The position numbers were made by a program, and so were the translations under genes. This document shows positions 55,759 to 64,000 of a DNA stretch of 64,000 nt, one piece after another. Position 1 is the stretch's first letter. Every line of letters begins with the position of its first letter. The notes under the pieces are model-generated. The model worked only from the letters and a program-made list of their open reading frames with translations. It ran no database searches and had not been told where the DNA came from. The DNA comes from Eledone cirrhosa (lineage: Eukaryota). The DNA lies in NCBI GenBank assembly GCA_964016885.1, contig OZ024740.1:203174001-203238000 (forward strand), written 5' to 3'.

Positions 55759-58700
55759 GACACCATTCTCTCCATCAAAAAGTCAACCAGACACACGTGG
55801 TCTGGTACAAATTTAGATATTCTGGTGCAAATGAGCCCTGTGAAAATCTCCAAAATACCCGAAAAAATGCTGGTGGACAACAACAGCCACATAAGCATTT
55901 CCGTTGAAGGAAGAAAACCACACTGCTTTTGATGTAACAGCACAGCACATCTAAAGGCCTCCTGCCCTTTACAGACACATTTAACCCCCCAAAGAATACT
56001 GTCACCAACACCAACACCAAAACAACCACCACCACCACAACAACAACAACAACAACACACAAAACAAGCAAACGCACCAAAGCAAACATCCAGTCAACCA
56101 ACAACAGCAGGAAAAACAGAAACAACTACCCCGAAGAACACAGTCCCACCCCATCCCACTCCATCCAACACTGCCACAAACACACCATCACCACACAACA
56201 TACCCCTACCCCAAACTCCTGATGACAAATCATCGTCAGACGAGGCTACTTCTTCATCTCCAAGTAGTAAAGATGAAGGACAGCCTCTAAAAAAACAAAA
56301 ATCAAAAAAAAGGCATCACAAAGCCACAAAAACAACAATGACCAATACCAACACACCAACACCAACACACAACCACCGACACAAACAACAACACAAACAA
56401 CATCACAATCACCACCACCACCACCACCACCACCCCCTTCCAGCAAAACAAACACCAACTCCACCCCAAACAAGCACCCACCATAAAAAGAAAACTCCCG
56501 GATGAACAACAAACTTAAACAACACAACAAAAACACAAACAACAATACGCATACATCAACACAAACAACAAGAGTTTGATGGAGGTCATTTCCCAAAACC
56601 CCAAGGTGGAGAGGAGGGCAAAACTTTCGTTAAAGAAGAATCATCTCCACATGTCAAACTAATAAGGGTTTCTATGGAAACATATAGCGAACTAAAAACA
56701 AAATTTTCGCAGGACGTGGGCACCCCCCTGTCAAAAACCTATAAACTGCGTCCTGTTAAAATGTTTCCCCACCCAACCCAACACCCCCACCAGCACCCAA
56801 ATGGAGATTGAACAACCCGATCTCCAGGAAACGAAAAGGTAAGTGCACCTTTCGTCCTTTTTCTCCAACTTTTCTCCACCAACATGGCTAGTTTACGAGT
56901 TGGAACCGTGAATGTGCGTGGCCTAGGGATGCCCTGGAAACAGGGACAACTTTTAAACGACCTTAGGTCAAACGGTATGGATGTGATAGCCATCACCGAG
57001 TCCAGGATCCACAACAGGCAGCAACTAACCCTCATCTTCAATGACTTTGAGATCTACGCATCTTTCTGTCAGCCAGGAGGGGGAGAGGGTGTGGCTGTCA
57101 TGTTTCGGAAAAACCGGTACGTCGAAGTACAGCAAGTACACTAGGACCCAGAGGGTAGACTGATAGTCCTAGACGTGAACAGTGTTGGAGGTGGAGCCTT
57201 CAGACTGGTGGCCATTTATGCCCCGACTGGGCAATCGCGGCCAGACTTCTTTAAGCGTCTAGAGTCTTTTCTGGGAACGTCTTGCTCCTTGCTTTTAGTG
57301 GGGGACTGGAATAGCATCCTAGACACACGATGGGACTATGAAGGATCATGTTCTAGTAGAAGGGGGTGCAACAGCCTCAAAAATTTAATCGGCCAATTCC
57401 AACTGGCCGATAGGTATCGACTAGATTTCCCGACTGCACCACAGTTGACGTGGACAAACCTCAGCGGGATATCTAGATCGTATTTAGACAGGTTCTTTAT
57501 TAGAGAGAGAGACAAGAAGATGTTAAGCTGTCCACAAATGCACATGGTTGCCTATTTAGACCACAAACTGGTCATCTGTATAGTCAACCGTGATAGAATA
57601 CATAGACAAGGGCCCGGATACTGGATGCTGAACGTGTCGCCACCGACACGTAAAGCCTACAGTGAACGGATAAGTAGATTAGTTAAGCAACAATTGACAG
57701 GAGCCATCATCAACAATAGATGGTGGTACTCCCTCAAGAAAGCAATTAGAGTAGAGTCAATAGACTTTAGCAGAGAGTTAGCCTTAGAGAGAAACAAAAC
57801 AGAAACGGAACTAGTAGCCAAGGTAGAGGAGGCGCTTAGGAGTGGCAACGTAGCTAGAGTGCTACCAACGAGAACGGCACTGGACCAGTTCTTCGACGCG
57901 AAACACGAAGGCTGCGTAGTCAGAAGTAAATCACGTGCTCTAGGAAACGAGGGAGCGAAAGCTGTTAGATGGGCCCGAGTGGCAGAGGCGAAAAGTGGCA
58001 ACAAGTCCACGATTCGGTCTTTGAAAGACCAAAACGGACGCCTGCTACTTGACCCAAGTGTTCGGGCAATGGACTTCGGTTCATACCTCGACGGCCTGCC
58101 GCGTCTCTCGAGCATGGACGCCGAGTTCTGCGAAAGACCGATCACAGACACTGAAATTCAGACGCTCTGGGCCGCTGCGGGAAACGTAAATCACCCGGTC
58201 TCGATGGTCCACCCTATGAGTTTTACATAGGCATGCCGGACTTGTTCTCTGGCGTCCTCGAGGCCGTCTACTGTAACTGGCAGCAGAACGGGAGAATTCC
58301 CAGTTCTGCAGGCAGGGGCGTAGTAACGCTGATCAGGAAAGACGAGAACAAGAACAACTTCAGGCCCATAACTCTGCTCAACACAGAGTTAAAGATTTTG
58401 GCCAAGGTGTTGGCAACGAGGTTGGCGCTTGTCGTCGAGAACCTGGTAGGGAAAGCGCAAACGTGTGCAATCCCGACCAGGTCCATACACGACAACCTCC
58501 ACCATCATAGAGAGGGTGGGGTGTAAACCCGGCTTTGGTGAGGCTCTGATCAATTTAGATCAGTCTAAGGCGTTCTATAGGGTCGACCATCGATACTTGG
58601 AAGCGGTTCTCAAGGCGGCGGGTTTCGGACGCGTCTTCAGAGGCTGGATCGCCGCAATGCACACCAGCATCTGCTCGATGGTCAAGGTGAACGGCTACCT

Positions 58701-60385
58701 ATCGGAGTCGTTAGCAATCACGCGTTCCATCCAACAGGGTTGCCCTCTCTCCTCCATTCTGTACGTACTGACTCTAGAGCCACTACTGCGGAAGTTGGAG
58801 CTGCTGCAGGGCATCCCGTTGGAACCGGGACTGCGGAAAGCGGGGTCGGCTTATGCCGACGACGTTACGGTATTGGTGTCGGAAGCCTCCGAAATCGGGG
58901 CGATCGGCAACTTACTGCAGGAATACGAAAGGCTCACAGGAGCAAAACTGAACCCGGACAAGTCTGTCGGTTTGCAACTCGGAAGAGGCAAACCGATGCC
59001 GTCCGACAGCGTCGTCGGACGCTGGACAGACGGACCGGTGAAATTGCTCGGGGTCTGATTCGGTCTGGACCTCCAGGTGGAGAAAAACTGGAACGAGGTC
59101 ACGGCCAAGGTATTTGCGCTCACCCAGAAGTGGGCAGAGTGCAAACTATCCTTGAAAAGTCGAGCGGAGGTGGCGAACATTTCAGCACCCTCCCAACGGA
59201 GGGCTGGGAATGCAGTGGCTGATGATGCACTAGCAAGTGCTGAGGCTACGGCATCTACAGGTATTCCTCACCGATCCCCAACCGATGTGGGCACCGTTTG
59301 TGAGACAGGCCTTCCAGCAACTTGTCTCGCTGACGGAGCTGAAGTCCTGGGTCAAGCGGAGACCGAAGAAGATGGGTGCCTGGCACATTGAATGCGCTCA
59401 GGCGCTCACAGTCCTCTGTCAAGCGCGCACGGCAATCAGTAGAGACTCCACTTCGACATTATATAGAGGGTTAGTACGTCACAAGGGCGACGACGTGCTC
59501 GGAGAGACTCTAGACGTCGAAGACGACGAACTCACCAGTCTGTTTGGTAGGACTTTCCACCCGGGACCTATGGACAACTTCCAGAGATCCCTGGCCTGGC
59601 AGTACTACCGAGGAGCTCTACCAGTTCGTGACAAGATCTACAGGGCACGGACGCCCGGCAGGGATCCTTCCAAGAGGACGTGTCCAAGATGCGGGCAGGA
59701 CATTGAAACCGTCCTGCACGCAATTGTACACTGCCCGGGCGTAACCGACCTGTGGAACTATGCAGAACAACTGCTGTCGCGTATGGGACAAATCCAGTTG
59801 ACTGCCGAGTCCATAGTAAGGATCAAACCGCTAACTTCTTTCAAAAACGAAAGAGAGGCGGTTTTCCTCTGTATAGTGGCTATGGTGAAAGAAGTTATAT
59901 GGTGGACGAGATTGAGAGGACTGAGGACAGATGCCTTTCTCTCTGGACAACACCTCATTCCCTTCTTTAGATACCACTTTAGAAGGAGAATCAGAGTGGA
60001 GAGAGAGGCACTGCACCCCAGTAAATTTACTGAAAGGTGGGTGAATGTGGCAAGAATGGCCCGAGTGATTGGGCCTTCTCTGTATATAAGCCTGTAGGTT
60101 GAAAAAGAGAGCAAAAGGAAGAAAGGAGCACTTGCACAACACGCTCCTGAAGTTAAGGGTTGTTCTATTGACGGGGTATTAAACAACCCATTTGTGGCGC
60201 CTCTCCCTTGTTGGGGATTTCGATTGTTATAATTGTTTGTTTCATATTTTTACAGGATTATATGTAAAATCCCCGGCATGTCTTTGTTTTGTCCCCTTTT
60301 CTTGTACGCCCTTGTGGCAAATAAAGAAATATACCTATCTATTTATCTATATTTATCTATCTATCTGTCTGTCCATCTGTCTCCA
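55759..60385 (+). mobile_element. Tx1-like LINE copy D (starts mid-ORF1; ORF2 56884-60097)
   Basis: ISVEGRKPHCF*C...HLKASC; NVRGL, GDWN, QQGCPLS, YADD, CPRC; same 3' UTR. Confidence 0.92.
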
Positions 60386-61399
60386 AGATATCTACCAGGA
60401 AGATCACTCGACAACTCCATCTTTTCAGATTTCTGTAAACCGACCTTAAACATCTGCCGTGAACGCTCAGCACTTTTGGCTTCGGCTTTGTTGACGTCAG
60501 TCAAGATAATCGACCAATCAATAAAGAGTTAATAAACTGAGTAATTATTTTTATTATTCACAGTTGTATAAATATCATTATAAACCTTTACAGAATGAAA
60601 ATATAAACACATAAAAGAAATACAATTAATTATTGCTAGGAACCTCACAAATAAAATACACAAAAATATATCAAATACACAGGGGAGAATCTACATAATG
60701 AAAGCTATACCCATTTTTACAAGAGAATACATCTCTCCCACCCCAAAGTCGGTGAGTGATCTCTTCGCCGGACGAGGAGAGTTAACAGATCTGAATATAA
60801 TACACAAAAAAGGGAAAGCAAAAACAAAAATGAAAACGACCATCAATTCGCCAACAAGTGCAACAATCAGCCGCTCATTACAAGGGTCAGCAGAACACTT
60901 TGAGGCAAGCCAACACACTCGCAATATTACCATGGGTGATGTTGAGGCTAAGGCGCTGAAACAACCAGGCCCCGTCACGGGCATCACCTGACACCTCGTT
61001 ATGAATCGATAGAAGATGTATCGGAAGTGGCACGAACAGATTACTAAAATCCTCCAAACAACAATCTCAATGTTACTAATATCAATATTCTAATAAATAT
61101 CAGGAATTATCAACAAACTATTTTTTTTTTCAAACTGTGGCGTACGAGGTGTTTGGAATAGTTGGGTCGCTGACAACGAGGTTCTTTTATGCATGGGTTG
61201 TTAAAAACAGGACTATTTTCGAGTTTCAGTTTCTTTATTAGAATCTTCTCGTATGTTCTAATAAGGACTCTAAAGTTCCTAGGACCATCATTTAATCGAC
61301 GTTCCTAGACTTTCACCGTCTCACCACCAGGAATGTTTTCGGTTATATTTACTGCCTCGATATATGCGATAGATGCGATAGATGCACAGATAGGAGCTC

Positions 61400-63160
61400 C
61401 TTACTTCGTCCACATCGAAGGAAAAGTCACTCCAACCAATACTGCATACAAGCAAAACAACCCTCTCCATTCCATAATATCCAAAATAAACACCAAAACA
61501 CATAAATTGCTAAATATGTAGATAGAAGAAGAAGAAGAAGAAGAAGAAGAAGAAGAAGAAGAAGAAGAAGAAAATCCTCTAAAGCCTTTCTTTGGATTTT
61601 AGAAAAAACTAAAGAAGCTGGTAATATCAACTTCCACCTCGAGTCTGTTTGCTGTCTTAGTGACAGAAACAATAGCAATTGTATTAGATTATGTAAACAA
61701 ACATCCTACATTAAAACCACCCGCGATACCAGCGAATTTAATGAGAAAACTATTAACAACATGTACAACAAAACTTCCTTTTCACTGTCCATGAGGCAAT
61801 TTATATAAACCCATTTCTTGTTATAAACTTTAAAATCGAAAACACAAACAAATACTTGACATTTGTGTACATAAAAAAAATGCGAAAAGGTGCATATGAC
61901 AGTTAATATCTACACGAATTTGCAGAGTCATTATAAAGTCGGATAGAATGCTTTGCCGTATTTGTTTCGGCTCTCTGTTCTCTGAGTTCAAATCCCGTCG
62001 AGGTCAACTTTGCTTTTTATCCATTCGAGGTTGATAAAAAAAAGTATCAATTTAGTACTGGTGTCGATTCTTCTTCTATATCTCTTTCTCATTTTCATTC
62101 TCTCACTCTCTATCCTTCTCCGGAAGAAATCTGCTGTATTCAGACCTGGAGATGAGATTGACTCCACCAGCTTTTAAAATGCCCTAGAATCGTCGTATGA
62201 CAATACGGTGCCCTTTACAACTCCTTCAAGAGTTACAGGACCATGCATGAATGTCCACACAGCTATAAAATGTCTGTAGTAAAATCCTTACTAAGGAGAG
62301 CATTTAAATTCTCCTCTACAAACGTAGCAGCAGATGAAGAATCCATAGAATTAAGAAAACATTAATCATTAACGGATATTTGAATAAACAGTTAGAGCAA
62401 GCCATATATGAATATTGGCACAAATGTAATACTGCGCATACTTCAGATAAGATAGTTATTAAAAATATACAAACAACACATAATGTATATTATATGAGTC
62501 AAATCAAGCTACATATTGGACGAACAAATAATCAAAAGCCTCAATCACAAAATGCATCATGCTAAATCATAAAATAATACTAACATATTACAAAAACTCT
62601 AAAAATAAATGATCTTTATTAACAACAAAACACAAGTATACAAACTGGAGAATAACCTACGAATGACTAATGTGATTTACAAATTCGATTGCAAAAATGA
62701 AAATTGTAAATTTCATGAAACCAATTGCTTTGCTACATTAGCCTCTCTCGTAACCTGACTATGCATTTACAAGGAACAATTGCTACACACTATAGCATAC
62801 ACCACAAAACAAAGCTAGATAAGAGAACATTTACAAACAATACATATGTATTATACAAAATTCCGAACAAAAATAAACGCTTAAACTTGGAAGCGATACG
62901 TATTTGCAATTTGGCACCTAGATCAATATCCCAAACAGTTCCAACACGAACAGCATACATATATCATAAACACGTTATTTACGACATAAATTTAATGGCC
63001 GAGCTTTAAGGTTCAAATTTTCGATAAGAAAGCCATAGAATACTGGTGAAGAAATACGACATCATAAAATACATACGTCTACGCAGGTGCTAAATCTGGC
63101 GTGTAGAAGCGATGCAATGTTGTTTTTGGCGAGTGATGAGACCTCGTGAAGAATCCAATT
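61400..63160 (+). pseudogene. Highly degenerate Penelope-like element, interrupted by (GAA)n and a SINE
   Basis: YKQNNPLHSIIS; LESLF...TETIAIVLDYV...LLTTCTTKLPF; NVIYKFDC...LTMHLQ...LEAIRI (GIY-YIG-like). Confidence 0.65.
61915..62070 (+). mobile_element. SINE (family of 822-977)
   Basis: CTGAGTTCAAATCCCGTCGAGGTCAACTTTGC...AGTATCAA. Confidence 0.7.
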
Positions 63161-63163
63161 CTC

Positions 63164-63195
<32 letters not shown>

Positions 63196-63368
63196 ATAAA
63201 GAGAGAGAGAGGGGTAATATTAGTAACATTTATCTATTATTTCTTAAAACTTACATTTTAAACTTAGTTCCGTTTAAATGATTATTTATCTAGTTAATCT
63301 AGTTAATTTCTACCGACTAAGAAGAAAAATTAGATAAATTTTATTTGACAGTTCTTCAAACTTATAAT

Positions 63369-63436
<68 letters not shown>

Positions 63437-63701
63437 AAAAGATATTGAAAATGCAACTGGAGCCTTTTAAGAATATTTATTTACTTTACTGGTTTCGTAG
63501 TTATAATTTTCCAAAATAAAATTGAAATGTAGGCTTTTTGTTTCAACGTTAAAATAATTGAAAGTATTTCAGTACTTCAGTTGGTCAAAGGGTTTGGTGA
63601 GCCTTCTTATAATCTTATATCATATCAATATCAAGTGACTTGCTGAAATCTAGATGAGATTCTGTATCTAAAGAGCAGATGTTTTCAAAATATTTATTAT
63701 A

Positions 63702-64000
63702 TACTAGCCGAATTACCCGCGCCTTGCTGCGTTTCACACATTTTTTTTTGTAAGAAAATGATGATTGATTTTAAATCAGTGATATATGGAGAAAAACTCT
63801 GCATTTCAATATTACTCAATGTAAAATGTAATGCATGAAAAATTGGAAAACATTATTTTTTGTAATATATCAAATCAAAATTACATTATTAAATCTTATT
63901 CGTAATTTGTTTCTTGTAAATAATTTTTTTTTAAATATCAATTCAAAACATTTCATTTTTGTGTAAAGCATTATTTTCAAATTAGAAATTCAAAGTTTAA
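63702..64000 (+). mobile_element. Possible Helitron/Helentron-derived 5' end
   Basis: TACTAGCCGAATTACCCGCGCCTTGCTGCG resembles such termini; the other end is not visible. Confidence 0.3.

Noticed and set aside
60691-60991. 97-98 aa ORFs as a host exon
   Set aside because: No recognisable motif or splice support; may be an upstream part of the decayed PLE.

Overview
This is AT-rich, microsatellite-saturated eukaryotic DNA with no recognisable host gene. The SINE types and repeat landscape suggest an octopus/cephalopod genome (inference). Nearly all long ORFs are either retroelement pseudogenes or low-complexity artefacts. Contents: four degenerate Tx1/L1-clade LINE copies (one at 35.5-41.1 kb, a head-to-tail trio at 50.2-60.4 kb); an R4/Dong-type RLE LINE in (CATA)n; several RTE fragments; three Penelope-like (RT + GIY-YIG) remnants; Tc1/mariner fragments; MITEs; SINEs; and a 4.2-kb ACC-based minisatellite. 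Two signals stand out. (1) Many short, mutually unrelated, non-coding elements sit in (TA)n tracts. They carry type-I hammerhead ribozyme motifs with palindromic stem III, often inserted as fold-back hairpins, and often share a TTGAGTRC tail motif. (2) All three Tx1 copies with an ORF1/ORF2 junction keep a GTRAGT splice donor overlapping the ORF1 stop, a pyrimidine tract and an AG. Splicing there would fuse ORF1 to ORF2 in frame in each copy. Structures were parsed by eye; coordinates are approximate unless quoted exactly.
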